Source of the DNA: Camelus dromedarius
Taxonomy: Eukaryota
Length of the DNA stretch: 64,000 nt
Direction: 5' to 3'
Assembly (NCBI RefSeq): GCF_036321535.1
Contig: NC_087436.1
Span: 34,970,001-35,034,000, forward strand
A program made the translations under genes and the position numbers. Positions 12,951-26,770 of the stretch are shown piece by piece. The notes under the pieces were generated by a model. The model did no database searches and was not told the DNA's origin. It saw only the letters and a list, made by a program, of their open reading frames with translations. Position 1 is the first letter of the stretch, and each line of letters begins with the position of its first letter.

Positions 12951-14864
12951 GTTTTTCCCACACTGTGACCTACCAGATGGCAGCCACAGCAGAAGCCAGC
13001 GTCTGAATATTCCTGTGTTATGGCTCTTTACTTACATAAATGGAATGAGCTATTGCCATTTCCTCTATTAATATGGATGTTCTTTCTATTGGGAACATCT
13101 CTCCTGATCCATCTTCCAGGAGTACTCTTCTAGTGAGGCTTAACGCCTTATAACCCTGCACTTCCAGATGATGGCATCGTATCAGAGGCACGACCAACTG
13201 CCATGTTTGCCCAGAGGAAGCAGGCCAGGCTGTCAAAACCGGCTCTTTAGGGGAGAGGTCATTAGAGCTGAAGCTGGGACTTTAACCCTTTTAACTTTCT
13301 GTCCTATGTATTACTTTTTTCTGACTACATTCCTGATTGTAGTTTTGAAAAATTTTAAGTTTTACCCTACTAGCTTGATGATGTAAATAGCAACTGCTGA
13401 GTTACCCATCTTCCTAGTGAATAATTCCTCAACTAAATATTCTATCATGGAAAGTTGTGCAGGATCAATTGACTCAGACTCTTGTGTACAACTTTTGACA
13501 AAATTTACCCAATTAAAAAATACTTCATGGATCACTTTTGAATCGAGTTTCTAATTGTTCATTATATATAACCTTAAAATGGTGAAACATACATTTATGA
13601 TTCTTCCAAAGAGATTTTTTTAGCTTATAAAATTATACATATATACGTATGCATGGGTGTAGACATACATGTGCATATGTACACATATATGTATATGTAG
13701 GCATGTGTGTATATCTAGATACAAAGTATGGCTGTCTTTGGCATTTACTAGATATTTTAACTGAACAGAGCATCATCTATTTTCTATTTTCTTTTTTCCT
13801 TCCTTCCTCTCCTCTGTTCTTTATTTCCTTCTCTTTCCTCTGTCTCTTCAAGCTGTGACCAATTAGATTATAAATCCTTAAGGAGAGGCTATTTTCTTTT
13901 GACCATGTAGCACAGAACTGGTACAGAATATTTTAAATTACATGCTATTGTTTTCGTGTATAGTCAAATGGAAGCTTTGCAAAGTTTGCTTTTCTCCATG
14001 TTCACATATTTTCTAGCTGACTTGCCAAAATGAAATCTACTTTTTGCTTTTTAGTTCATTGACTTAGCACTTATTTTCACAAACATCTCTGGCTTTTCTG
14101 AATGCCTAATTATACTTGATTTGTTATAAGTATCATCACAATATTTTAATTCTAAAAAAGATGACATTGAGGTTTTGATGGCCCAAGTGAAAAAAAAAAA
14201 TCACTGTATATGTATCATGTGTTTGTATTTAATTTTTTTCTCTTCTTAGATATTCTTGTATAAAATAAAGTCAGTGTAAGATATTCAGAAAAATCCTGTA
14301 AGGATGAATCGTAAGAGAGCTGAACAAAGAGTGGACTTTGCCAAGTCTTTTAAACAGCCAGCTGTATGCATCTGCTTGTTAGCATGTAGTATTATCTGAG
14401 CTGGGAACTGTGTACACGTCACAGTGTACACGGGCCGTCTGTCCTGGGAACATACTCTGTGACTGCTGAAACTCAACAGAGTTAGCCTGTTCCCATGAGA
14501 GGACCGGGATGGTTCTGAAACAGAGAGAAAAAGCCTGAAAACAGAGGACTGTTCTCATTGTTAGGGTGGGAACTGAACTGGAAACAAGAAAAAATATGAA
14601 TCGAGTTAGATTAACTACTTACAAAACTGCTGAATTTAATGATTATTAATAATGACAAAATATTGCAGAGTACTGTTTCATATTTTTGGTAAACTCCTTG
14701 ATAAACAGGGCATTTCAAAACTAATGTATGATAAGTCAATGAGGCACCATAACAGACTATGGTCCAAATAAACATATTAATATTTAGTTTAAAATTGTAA
14801 TTAAACCTGGAATTCCTTGTTCATGCTAAATATAGAATGAATCCCAGATTGTTTTTTCTTGTAT

Positions 14865-15140
14865 ATTGTTTAGGATTAGGCTCGATGCATACAGCAAAAA
14901 CAAACAAATAATAACAGAAAGACCCAAACAGCTGAGCTTAAACAATAAAAGCCGAGATAAGTAGTCTGAAGTAACGCCCCGGGCTGGTGTGGCAGGTTCA
15001 CTGTGTCTGCAGGGCCTCCCAGCTCGAGGCCTGACTGTCCCTCAATGCTACTCTCCCCCTCAAGGTGAAAGAAGCCTCTGGAATGCATAAATCTCTATTC
15101 CAGACAACAGGATGGAAAAAGCAAGAAGTAAAGCTATCCT
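14865..15140 (-). mobile_element. Old MaLR LTR fragment (MLT1I/J/K-like)
   Basis: 'ttaggattaggctcgatgcat...aacagaaagacccaaacagctgagcttaaacaat' and 'attccagacaacaggatggaaaaag'. Confidence 0.6.
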
Positions 15141-15189
15141 CCCCACCTCATATGAAAGTGATTCCATCCCACTTTCCCAGATGCATATA

Positions 15190-16220
15190 TTTTACATAGC
15201 TGCAATCATATTATGTATGTCATGTTGTGCTCGTTTTTTATCCATAATTTTTTCATGTCCATAACTTTCATTGAAATTGCTCCTTCATACTCCTTTGAAT
15301 GTGTGTTCCAAAATTACTTAACTTTTTTTCTCTATTTTTGGACTTTTCTGACCCTTTTCTAACTTCTATAAATAAAATGCAATGAATACAGAGAGGTATT
15401 TCTTGTGTGTTATTTTCAAATGGGTGAATCTTACAAAATGGTAATATTAGAACAAAGTATGTAAACATTTTTAAAGTACCTGACACACTGAAATATATTG
15501 ACAGATTGTTTTCCAAAAGGATAGCGCTAATTTACTTTGCTATCAACAAAGTATGACTTACTTTACCAATTTTTAGTATGCTCTCAAAGAGCAGTCATTA
15601 GCTGTTACAGTTTTCAATGGCTAATTCAGTAAGTGAAAAATGGTGCCATACTGGTTTTTTTTTTTCCCAATTCTATTGATTCCTAATTATTGAAATTACA
15701 GACTTTTCAACATGCTGGTTTACCAAGTGCACTTTCTATAGTCACTGGAGTATTTTTTTTTCCAATTTTATAATCAATTTGCAAAAATGCAAAATTTTAA
15801 TCACTTTTAAAATTTTACAATAGTTCGGAATTTTTATACTGCTGAATATTGAGTGTTTAGTTGAGCATTTCTTCCATTGCTTCTATGTTAGGAAGTTTAG
15901 GTATTTATCATTTCGCATACTCATTAGCTCTACTTCAGAGAGTTAATGAATACTTAATTTTCTTTTTTATGTGGCACTTTAGATCATATGGAATTTTGTT
16001 GTATGGCATATAATGTGGATTAAATTGCTTTATCTAATTGCTATTTAGTTAATTTAGCACTTTTTAGAAAATAATTGTAATATTCCCTGTGATTTTCTGA
16101 CGTCATATTCATCACATACTAAATGGTTACTAGAATTGATGGTGTTTTATGATTTCATTGTTTTTCATGACCATTAATGTATAAGCACTTCTCTTTCAGT
16201 TACTACTGTTTAATTTATGT
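15190..16220 (-). mobile_element. Old L1 (L1ME-like) antisense fragment
   Basis: T-rich tract with 'gacagattgttttccaaaaggatagcgctaatttac' and 'aagtgaaaaatggtgccatactggtttt'. Confidence 0.65.
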
Positions 16221-16239
16221 GCTCATTCATTATTCACTC

Positions 16240-16360
16240 TTGATTCATTCATTCATTCCTTCATTCAACAAGTACTAACTGAATGACTTCTTTGTACCTA
16301 GTGCTAGATATAAAGTGATGGATAAGAAATGGTTCCATTCTCGTAGAATTTACATATTTT
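16240..16360 (-). mobile_element. L2 3' end (target of the SINE insertion)
   Basis: 'ttcattcattcattccttcattcaacaagtactaactgaatg...aagaaatggttccattctcgtagaatttaca'. Confidence 0.75.
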
Positions 16361-16531
16361 GTTTTTTTTTTTTTTTGGTTATGTTTAAAAAAATTGTTTT
16401 TGAGGGGGAAGTAACTGGGTTTGTATGTTTGTTTGTTTGTTTGTTTGTTTTTGGATAAGGTACTGGGGATTGGACCCAGGACCTTGTGCATGTTAAGTAT
16501 TTATTCTACCACTTGAGCTATACCCTCCCCC
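16361..16531 (-). mobile_element. Camelid tRNA-derived SINE (vic-1-like) with 16-bp TSD
   Basis: Minus strand reads GGGGGAGGGTATAGCTCAAGTGGTAG...CATGCACAAGGTCCTGGGTCCAATCCCCAGTACC, then (CAAA)n and a poly-A tail. Perfect TSD agaatttacatatttt at 16345-16360 and 16532-16547. Confidence 0.92.
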
Positions 16532-17299
16532 AGAATTTACATATTTTCTGATGAATAATCTGACTACATAGATTGCCATCCACAAAGACATAGCCTTGGA
16601 CAAAGTTCTGCGACATAGAAGCAAGGAGTGCTCAGCATTTGCTTATCAGTTTCCCATGGACTCTGTTTAGAAAAACAGAACATGTCTCATCATGAGAAAA
16701 TGTCTGGCACTCAGTGGATGGAACAATGGGAATCATGCTTGAGGAAAGAATGATATGCTCTACTTCACAGATCAGGCTGACCACATGCAGAAGGTATGCT
16801 TTCATTTTACTAAAAAAGATGAGAGATTTGGACTGATCCACCAAGGATTCCCATCTCTAAGATGACTGGACTGTTCTTCCCTATCATGTCTCTTAGTGAC
16901 AGTGGTCCCTTTCTTAATGAAACATGTTGAAGGGTCACCGTTGCACTGATGGCAGCCCTGAAGGGTTTCCTTACTGCCCCAGAAATATATTTTCTCTTCC
17001 CTGGGCTAATTCCTTCAAACACTCATCATTCGTTGGAGATGATCTACTTTTGCAATCACCTGCCCTTTCAATGACAAATGGCAATTCCTATAAATGGTTT
17101 CACAAGACTACCTGGAAGAAGAGATCATTAGAAGTAAAGGATGTGGTTGTCACCAAGGTGGAAAAATACCATATATAGAGTATACACAGATTTTTTTCAA
17201 ACTTACCTGAGGAATGAAATATTTTTGCTCATTGTCTTTAATGAATAGATCATGAATAAATATGCCAGTAATAAATTCTTATTTTTTTATCTTAGGAAG

Positions 17300-17950
17300 T
17301 TTAAAAAAAATCATATGATCCATAGTTACTGTAGAAAATCTGAAAATATTGTTAAACAGAGATTAAAAAACTAGTATCTTCTACAATTCAATTACCAAGA
17401 AAACCACTGTCAATATTTTAGTGTATACATTTTAGACACTTCTACTCATATGTATAACAATTCTTACACAAATTGCTTATAATTTGTCAACTGCTGTTAT
17501 TCTTACCAGTCAAAATAAAACATAAACATCCCTCCTTATCAGTAAATGTATATACTTCCCAGATTGTTATTCTAATGTTATTATATCACTTTATTATTTG
17601 AATGAAGCATGATATATATGTATCTACATACATATATATAGATATAGATATACATACAAAACTTGTTACTATTGCCTTAGAAAATATTCCTAGAAATGGG
17701 ATTTGTGGATTAGGGTAGCACACTTTTTAGTGTCTTTAAAACATAAGACCAAATGGTCCTCCAAGAAAGCTGGGCCAATTATAATAATCTCAAATGCTCC
17801 TAAACACACTTTGTTTAATCACTTGGAATATCTGAACAATGGTAACTCACTTTTAAAATTTGCAATTATTTGATTAATATCAGGATTGAAGATACCTTCC
17901 CCATGTTTTTGCATATTTCAGAAATTACAAGATTTATTTAATTATTAATT
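17300..17950 (-). mobile_element. Old L1ME-like antisense remnant
   Basis: 'aaaccactgtcaatattttagtgtatac' and 'atattcctagaaatgggatttgtggatt...ccaaatggtcctccaagaaagctg'. Confidence 0.6.
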
Positions 17951-20364
17951 TAAAAGTAACTTAGTTTCTATGATAATATCAATATTATGCCTTTGCACAT
18001 CAAATAATTGACAAATGTTTACTGCAGAAGGAATCAAAACGTTTGAGAATACTGTATCCACCTAAAGTGCATCATTATGAAGAATAATGCCAGTTGATGT
18101 TTTAGGGATGACAGTGACCTAAAGAAACACTGGTGCAGATAGTTACTGCATCATTTAATCTCATACAGCTGGACAGCGAATAGTTTTTTAATTTAACACA
18201 ATACAACAGGAAAATGAGTTGGCAAAGCTGTCTTAAAAGAAATTAGAGCAGATAGAGGAGAGATGAAAAGACCTGAAGATGAGATCTGAGAATTAAGTTA
18301 ATGTAAAAAGTAATTATCATCAAGTGAAAGAATTACGGCACTGATTAGGTAGGTCAATTTTAGACTCTGATGGAGAACTCATGATATATACACATTTCTT
18401 TGATGTTATTCAGTATTTTGGAATGCTTTCTACTAGACAAGAGTTTATAGGCAATTTACCATCCTGAGACTATTTCTGTAAATTTTATTCAAGACTGTAA
18501 TGCTCATTTTCCTATCATACCAGAGACCAGCAGTTCTCTAAAATTGCTCAGTGATCTATACTGCATGCAAATCAAGTGTCTTTCTTTTTATCCATGTTCA
18601 CTGAGTATGGCACAGAATTGCTCTTACAAGTGACCTCTGCTTCCAATGACTTTTTAAAAAACATAAAATGGTCAGTTTCTTTGAACCAACATTTTAAAAT
18701 ACTTTTGCTTTTTGTTAATTCTACTTTCAGTTAGATAGGTTTTCTTTGTGCTATACATTTGACTATTTATAAATTTATTAGTGATGTGATATGCTATCTA
18801 ACTGACTATGAATCATAGCAAATGGTTATAAGCAAATCTAAGTTATAGCATGATTATGCTAGTATTAAAATGATTGATTTGTGGATTCTGTCTCTTCAAT
18901 AATGACTATATGATACATTTAATTTTTCAGTAAGTTTTCTTTAAAACGTAGGTAATTGCTAATTCATTGAACCAGTGTCTTTGTACAAAATGCAGCACTG
19001 CTAAATTTTGGATTGGGAAAAAAGACAGGAGAAAAGCTGTTTCTTGGGGCTTTCCATGGGTCAAGTATGTCTGTTATGCATCCAGGTAAGAAACCCTAGA
19101 GATCACATCAGTGTACATCACAAAGTAAATATGCAGCGGCTAGTCCTTCATCTATCAAAGAAGAGTGCCTCTGTGGGAGTAAAATGTTATAAACTCAAAT
19201 TAGTTTATCCAGTGTTCAATCTCACTTTTATTCTGATATCAGCGGAAGGCAATTTGGAGAGCCCTGGGAGTTATTTTGCTGCATTTTATCAGTTTATCTT
19301 GACTCAAACTACACTCAACTTTAAAATCAAATTTAACTCATTGCATTTTAAAGCTAAAATTAGGTACATAAATTATTAAAGGCTATAGGATTATCAACTG
19401 GCCACTTTTGTCAGCTAAAATTTTTCTTTGAGAATAACATTATTTTTCCCTAGGGGACTCTGTAAGTGAGATAAGGCACTAGAGTGTTTCTCCCCCACTT
19501 CTATGCTTAAATAAAGTATCTAGATTTGCCTCCTGTTTCATTTAAAATGCATTGCTATTTAGCTGTCAAGATAACCTGGATCAGTCTCAATCAGATAAGG
19601 GAGATGGAATTTTTAAAAATTTTATAGTGTTTGTTTATGGTATTAAGGCACCTTGGCAATTTCAAAACTGGATTTGTAATCTAGGTGCCACAGCCACAGC
19701 CCATCTCATCAACACACTCTCATGCTTACTGAACCCTTTGGCTGGGAGGGCGGTTATTTTATCTCCCTTTGCACAGCTGGCAGCTCTCAATGAAAAGAAA
19801 GACCCTGTGTTAGCTGGTGATGGTGGAGGTACAAAGAGGGGGAAGATCAGGTGTGGGAGACTCGGACTTATTCTACTTTTGACACTGTATGATGCGTAAA
19901 ATCTAAAGAATTTGCTGGCCTGGCAGACTAGCGATTTATTCAGAGAAGTGATGGAGACCTGCCACGCTTCCCAGGAAACAGGCAGCAGAGAAGGCATGAA
20001 GGCTCCCCACCGGACTTGCTGAGCGCTGTCCTCACAGCGGAGACGCCAGCAAAGGGAATCACAGCCCAGAGCCAGGCAGATGGGATCTGTTAGCCTCTGC
20101 TGTCTTTAACCACAGACCACAAAGGAAAGCTGCCTTGATGTTCCCAGATAGCGAAGGAGATGGCTCCGCTGGGACTCCAAGCCCTGTATGGATTTTTAAA
20201 GGAAGAGGAGTGGGTTGAGTCTGGGAGGGAGAGGTATCTTTTTAACACAGCTCAGTTCAGGATTCCACCATCATCTTGGGTTAGCCAGTTGCTAAGGCAA
20301 TCCTTTCTCCTTGTGCTCTCCCCTGTACTCAAAGTCTACCAAATTTTAGTTTCCATAAAGATTT

Positions 20365-20550
20365 TCATTTGTTCATCCATTTATTCTTTCCTGACCATTT
20401 AGTGAGAGGCCAATTTATCCTAGACAAAATACCAGGCCTGCGGAACAAAATAATCAGTAAGACACAGTTCTGCCCCAAGTATCTCCCAGTCTAGCAGGGG
20501 AAACAATCACATAGAAAGACAATCAAAAAATAAAGAGAAAATGCAGTAAC
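20365..20550 (-). mobile_element. L2 3' fragment
   Basis: 'ttcatttgttcatccatttattc...agtaagacacagttctgccccaagtatctcccagtctagcagggga'. Confidence 0.7.
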
Positions 20551-22644
20551 TCTAAACCAGAGATGTCCTAGTAACCCTGACTATACCCTTATAACCCAAG
20601 TTTTGTTTCATTTCTTGGTCAACAATGATTCAGAGTGAGGTTATAATGGCTTGAGGTCAGTGAAGGGAGTTCTTCCTCATAACAGCCTACTTCGCCCTGA
20701 CCACTGACTGAGAAAATAATTACTTGACTAATTTTATTTTCCATGTTAATATTTAAAAGTTTGTAGAAGACAGCTGAGATATGTACTAATTATAAATGTA
20801 AGTCAAATACCAAGATGATGAAGGACATTATTCCCCTGATTATAGAGGAGGTGTTCCTTGCTTTAAGAGCATCAGTCTCAGAGAAGAGTGACTTTTCCCA
20901 CTAGAGGGAACAGGACAAGTTAAGAGTCAGGAGTAATGGAAGGGGATGGAGAAGAGTGGTGAGGGGTCACATACATGGGCACCGCAGGTAGCTGTTGAGC
21001 ACAATTTTAGCTCCTGTCGCAGAAATTAAACTTTGGAGATGGGAGAAATGGCTCCAGATAAGATTTCTGAAGATATGTTGGATTAAGTCCCCTATAAATC
21101 CTCAGAACTTCTTCTGAAGGGAAAACCACAGTAAAGATAGATACGATTGTTCAAAGTCCTTGGGCTGCTATCTTGCTAAACGCGAACAGCGCAGAGATTA
21201 GGCCACAGGTCTGCTCAGCTCTGTGTAGTTACGTACACATTGCTGACACTGTGTTGCCCGGAAAAAAATGACGGTTTGGAAGTGACGACATTTGAGTTGC
21301 ACACCAGGCTCTAAGCAAGACATCTTCTATTTCTGGGTTCATACTTTCATGAAAAGTTGGATTTTAAAACCTCTGAAGAAGGCTTCAGTGGTCACAGACA
21401 AGGAGAAAGAATGATCTGGTAAGGGCTCGGGCCAGGGCTTCTCTGGTGTGTGTGCGTGCTTTAATTTTAATCTTTTGAAATGTTCTCCTTATAGGCACAA
21501 TATCTACACATGAAACACCTAAATAGAGAGTCTTTGTCCTGGAAGCCAGGACTAGCCAGCTGAATATCCATTTCTCATTATGAAATTCCAGTAGGAAGAC
21601 ACAATGGCAGGAGAGCAGAGGACAGCCTCTCCTACAGGCGTCTGGAGAGAACACAAAAGAGACGAGCCTAGCCTGCTTTACTTTGACTTTGTAATACTAT
21701 TTCCATCCAAATACATTTCCACCATGATCATAACAACAGTATTCTTGGTAGAAACCCTACTAAGCCAGTGTAGATGTGGCCATGAATATTGAAAGACATG
21801 GGGCTCAGCAAGCGACTGGGGGTCACTGTGAGCCCCTGCAATGACAGCCACCGTGCTAGCGACATACCCTGTAGGTGCTTCACTTATATCTCATTTCATC
21901 TTGAAACTACCTACCCCACGAAATAAGAGCCATGTAGCCGTATTTTGACAGATGAGGACACAGTTTAAAGTCCCAGTGGTGGTATGAAACCACCCTCTAG
22001 CCTATGTTTATTTGTTTGTTTTTTTCCCATTCTATCACAATGGTTTTCACATCAAAGGGCTACTTTGTCAGTATCTGTGATGTCGTTGAGACTATGAGTT
22101 GAAGAAAAAGTTCATTAGGATGCTATGGGGATGACAGTTATCATGCACCTGTCAGCCAGATTTTGTAGTGTACTTGGTGAAATGGCACAGACATTTTCTT
22201 TACAGAACAATATGAATAATTGATCATTATGTGATCATGCACAGAAATCACTTACGCTTACTGCATATAGAGTAAGACTTGCATGTTGGCCACATGCAAA
22301 TTTATTTAAGAATTATTCTTGAAACTATTTGAATTTGTCATCCTCAGTGAATCTGGAGTTATTATTTTAAAAATTATACAATCCAAAAAATAAGTATGTA
22401 GCGTAGTTCTCCTCTACTACCAGGCTTTGAGAGGTAACGAGAGAAAAACCTCTATATGATTCACTGCTGTGTCTCCAAGGCTTAGAACAGTGCCTGGATC
22501 CCTGGTGATAAATATTTTGTTTTCTTAGAGGGAGAGGTGATAGTGAAGACACAAGCATGTATATTTTTATATTATGTTCTCTTAAAATATTTAAGTAATT
22601 TTCGTGGAGAACAAGTTTGCTTGGTGAACAGTGCCTCACATTAG

Positions 22645-22880
22645 GTAAGCAGTATAACAGTTTTAAGAGTGCAGGTTCTGAAGTCAGCGTGCTGGTTTAA
22701 ATCCTAGATCTGCAATGTACCAAATGCATAATCTTAAACAAGCCTGAGTGTTCCCTGTCCTCTGATATGGGCTGATGATTGAACCGACCTCTCCCAGTGT
22801 TGTTGTAGGGTAAAATACTGAGTTAGTTCTTAGGTGAGTGATTAAAACACAGTAAGCATCAGTAAATGTTTAATAATATT
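22645..22880 (+). mobile_element. MIR SINE
   Basis: 'ttaagagtgcaggttctgaagtcagcgtgctggtttaaatcctagatctgc...agtaagcatcagtaaatgtt'. Confidence 0.8.
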
Positions 22881-25829
22881 ATTTCAAAAAATTAACCTTA
22901 GATTTACTAATGCCCAAGGAAATATCTCTTACACTATCATTAAAGACATAGAGAAAAATGACCTCTAGGCTCATCCAAAAGATCACATTTTGCCTTTATT
23001 TTCTGAACCCCGTTTCTGAAAAAGAAACCATGGCAATGAGGGGGAAAAAAAGGGATTAAAGCGTACTTCAGGGAATCATACACGTTTTCATTACTATTCC
23101 ATTCTTGCTGCTTTCTAACTCAGCCTCTAAGTCTAACTGAAACCCCAAGCCTCCTCCAATCTTTTGATCAACTTAGAGTTTAATCCTTTCCATTTTAGCT
23201 GGATTTGCGCTAAGAATAGACTGTTGAATTATGGAAGACAACTCAGTCTTCACTAAACATTGTGTTTCCTTTCCTTTTCTTTTTTTAATTTCAGGGGATC
23301 CTAATGTCAAAATATCTTTCTGGAATTTATGAGAGGATAAAAAGTAAAATCCAAAATAAAATACGTCTATCAAAAGTGATATGGAGGTAAGGGAAAGCTC
23401 CATGACCAGAAACAAACTGCTGTGCTTTTGTGTTAGATATAAAACACTGCGACTACCTTTTTATAAGAACCTTACATTTGACAATGAGGAAATAAAGTAC
23501 CCAAGAAAACATTTTCCCGATGAGAACCTTTTACATAAATAAATATATTGCCCTCTTCCCGTCCGTCTCCGCCAGAGTTAAACAATGGTCACTTAGAAAG
23601 GAAATGATGTCAACAACCTACTGATAAAAATCAAACTGCACTGGAGGAAACATAACGAAACACAATAGAAAAAACGCAGCTTTCTAGCTTCTGTAGTTTG
23701 TCATGGTGACTCCATGAAGGACAGTCAATTATTAAATTTTAAGTGTAATTCTGCTATACCCCTACACTGACTTGAGTTTATTACATTTGTACAGCTTTAA
23801 TATATGCATCTTTCAGCAAAGACAACTGAAAGCCTCAAAGGAAAAATGTGAAAAGAAATTGTCTTTGGTAGACAGACTTTATAGCTTTAAATTTATGCAA
23901 CATTTTTTTGACTAAATCTTCAAATTTGACTGTCATTCCAATGCCTTTCACAGCTATCCATTCTGGGAAAGGCTACATCAGCAGAGTTTACAGGATGGTT
24001 GCAGAAAATACCTTGAAGACCATTTATCAGTTTAATGATACTGAATAAATGCTTGGCAGAACATTCAGACTATGGATAAAACATAGTATAAAATATGTGA
24101 AGAAAGATCCCATGCCTTTGGCAAATTTGCAGTGTTAGAGCTTGACATGTTGCAAATTAATCTTATCCTCAAGGTACTGACTTCTCCCACGGATGCTCTA
24201 GTTCTTGCCGAGTAAGCAACTACCTAGAGGACCTGTCTGGCCAGCTCAGAGAAACAAGAAAGTCAGATCTCTTTTTAATCTTTCAAATTAATACCTTGAT
24301 TCCTCCACATTAACTGCTCTTCTGCAAACTATTTAGAATAAACTATTAGAGTAGTAATAGGCTTTATATATTTTGCCATCAACACTTCTTAGTTGACGAT
24401 TAACCAGACATGGTGTTATAGCTGAATTTAAATACTTAAAACCTTTCATATAAATTCTATAACAGAGCAGAGCTAATGCTAGTAGTCATAGCTGTATTCT
24501 AGATAAGATAATGGTGTCCCAAACTGTGTTACGGAGACAGAAGATATTGCTAAAAATGGATCACCAGAGGTGAGGTGCCATGACTTACTCAGAGTCCCAA
24601 ATGTCCAAAGGAAATGCAAAATGCTTTTCATGCCAGAACTTGCTCTTCTTTATTTCCTCTGATATCAGAGATCCTATTTTAATCAAAGACCAGGCAGCAT
24701 AGAAGACTCAAGTTGAGAGCTCAAGGAAGCCATAAAGCTAAGAAGTCCATCCTCTAGTGAGTTCCATGTGTGCCTTTATAAAATTCTCCTCCTTCCCAGC
24801 AGTCCCAACTTTCACAGAGTCTAAACACACCAGTTCTTAAGACAAAATAGGATGGAATTTTAGTCCCTGAAATAACCATGGAGAGTGCTCAGCTGGCTCA
24901 ATGTTCACCATAGACAAAGAGACCAAGGTGCAAAGTAACAGTAACAGTGATAATGATGCACAGTGACTTACTCTGTTTCATATTCTAAATAGATTGCCTA
25001 TTAATATAATGAATAAATGAGCAGACTAAAGGAATGTAGAAAAAAAAAGGCTTAATCCATGTCACATTCTGAGACTGGATCAACAACATTTTCCAGTATA
25101 CTTTCTTATTTTCAGTCTCTTTAAATATCTGATAAATCAATATATAATTTAATTATTGCCAAATACTAAACAAAGAGAAATGATAAAGACATCAATATTA
25201 GGTTTATGCCTCATTTAGTTATGGCTGTTAAGTTTCAAATAAGAGAAACAAAACTTAAAATGTATCTTAATATGATAATAGAGGAACTAAGAGAGATGAA
25301 GACAAGTTCAGAAAGGATTCCGGGTCAATCACTCAAGCAAGTAAAAGGTCAAGTGTACAGCACTGTAGTCTTTCTTTTCTCAGTATGTTATTGATTTCAT
25401 CAATGTTTGGTTATTCATAAGGAATTAGCTTTCATGCTATTATTGTGACAAGCCTACAACCCTGAAATTCTTAGGTGAAATTTACTGCATATGAATTTTC
25501 AAGACATTTTTAAAATTTAACCCTAAAGATTTTGAAATTGAGAAGTAAGATATTAAGGATAATTTCATCCAGAACATTTTTAGTTTTTTTTTTCTTCACA
25601 AACTACTTATAAATACCCCTCAGATTGCATTTTTATAAAAATTCTGTAGCCATCTGATAGATAGGTAGCTAGATATGTAGATAGAAAGATAGATCATAAT
25701 GATATTGACTAACTGCAAAAAGAAGGAAGAAAGGAAGGAAGGACTGAGGAAAGGAAAGAAGGATGTTAGAAAGTGATAGAGCCAAATAATGGAGTCACAT
25801 AATCCCATAACTCAAGATTCTACTTCAAG

Positions 25830-26045
25830 TTGGAGTCTGATAAACCTGTGTTGAACTGCATTCCAGTTACTGGCCAGCCTTTGAATCTTAAACCTCATTC
25901 TGCATCTATGTCTAGGGATGAGAGGCAATGATCTCTATCTTTGTTGTGGAGATTAACTAATACAACACATAAAGAATGCCTGATATAGAGCTATACTGGC
26001 TACATTGGAGACACTCAAGAGATAATTCTGTGTTTTGTTATTCTG
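25830..26045 (+). mobile_element. MIR SINE
   Basis: 'ttggagtctgataaacctgtgttgaa...ttgttgtggagattaactaa'. Confidence 0.7.
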
Positions 26046-26403
26046 TCTGCTACAGAGGATCCGCAAGAGGACAAATACCCTCTCACTGGATGTGTGTGAA
26101 CATAAACAGTGAGGACAGAGACGAACAGCAGCGCTCTGAGAACTCGCTTGTTTTGAAGATAATATTTAATGAATTTAGGAATTTATTGGTAGTTACATGA
26201 GCTAAGGAAAACCAACATTTCTTCCAAATCAAGCAAACATTCTAACTTTAAAACAGAACACCATGATCAATTCAGAGAGAGAGAGAGAGAGGGAGGAAGA
26301 GAATGAATTCTACGTAAGGATACACAAGAAACTGGTAAAATTGCCTCTAGTAAGGAGAAATGGGGAACAAACGTGGGGTAGACATAATTTCTACTTTACT
26401 CTC

Positions 26404-26770
26404 TGTATGGACTGAATGTGTCATCCCTGCCAAAACCATATGTTGGTGCCCTACTCCCCAGTGTGACAGTATTAGGCGGTGGGACCTTTGGGAATTAATC
26501 AGGCTTAGATGAGGTCATGATGATGGGGCCCTCAGAAGTGGGACTGGTGCACTTATGAGAGTCATGAAAGAACCTGCTCCCCTTGTCTGCTCTCCATGTG
26601 GAGACACAAGAAGTCAGCAGTCTGCAGTCTATAAGAAAGCCATCACCAGAACTCAACCATGCTGGCACCTCAGTCTTGGAGTTCCAGCCTCCAGAACAGT
26701 GAGAAATAAATTTCTGTTGTTTACAAGCCACCTGGTCTATAGTTATAGCAGTCCAAACTGATGAAAAGAC
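26404..26770 (+). mobile_element. MaLR solo LTR, MLT1A0-like
   Basis: 'tatggactgaatgtgtc...ggcggtgggacctttggga...ccatgctggcacctcagtcttggagttccagcctccagaacagtgagaaataaatttctgttgttt'. It interrupts an old L1 3' end. Confidence 0.9.

Noticed and set aside
16455..16531. tRNA-Ala-like gene
   Set aside because: It is the head of a SINE with poly-A tail and TSDs. The B box and anticodon arm are degenerate.
16810..17178. Possible exon after the minus-strand acceptor ttcttccag near 17112, and overlapping ORFs
   Set aside because: All three frames hit stops soon after the acceptor, and no recognisable peptide results.
26495..26761. ORFs of 78 and 68 aa (likewise 44949-45288 and 58395-58647)
   Set aside because: They lie within MLT1 LTRs or MER5A, so they are repeat-derived pseudo-ORFs.
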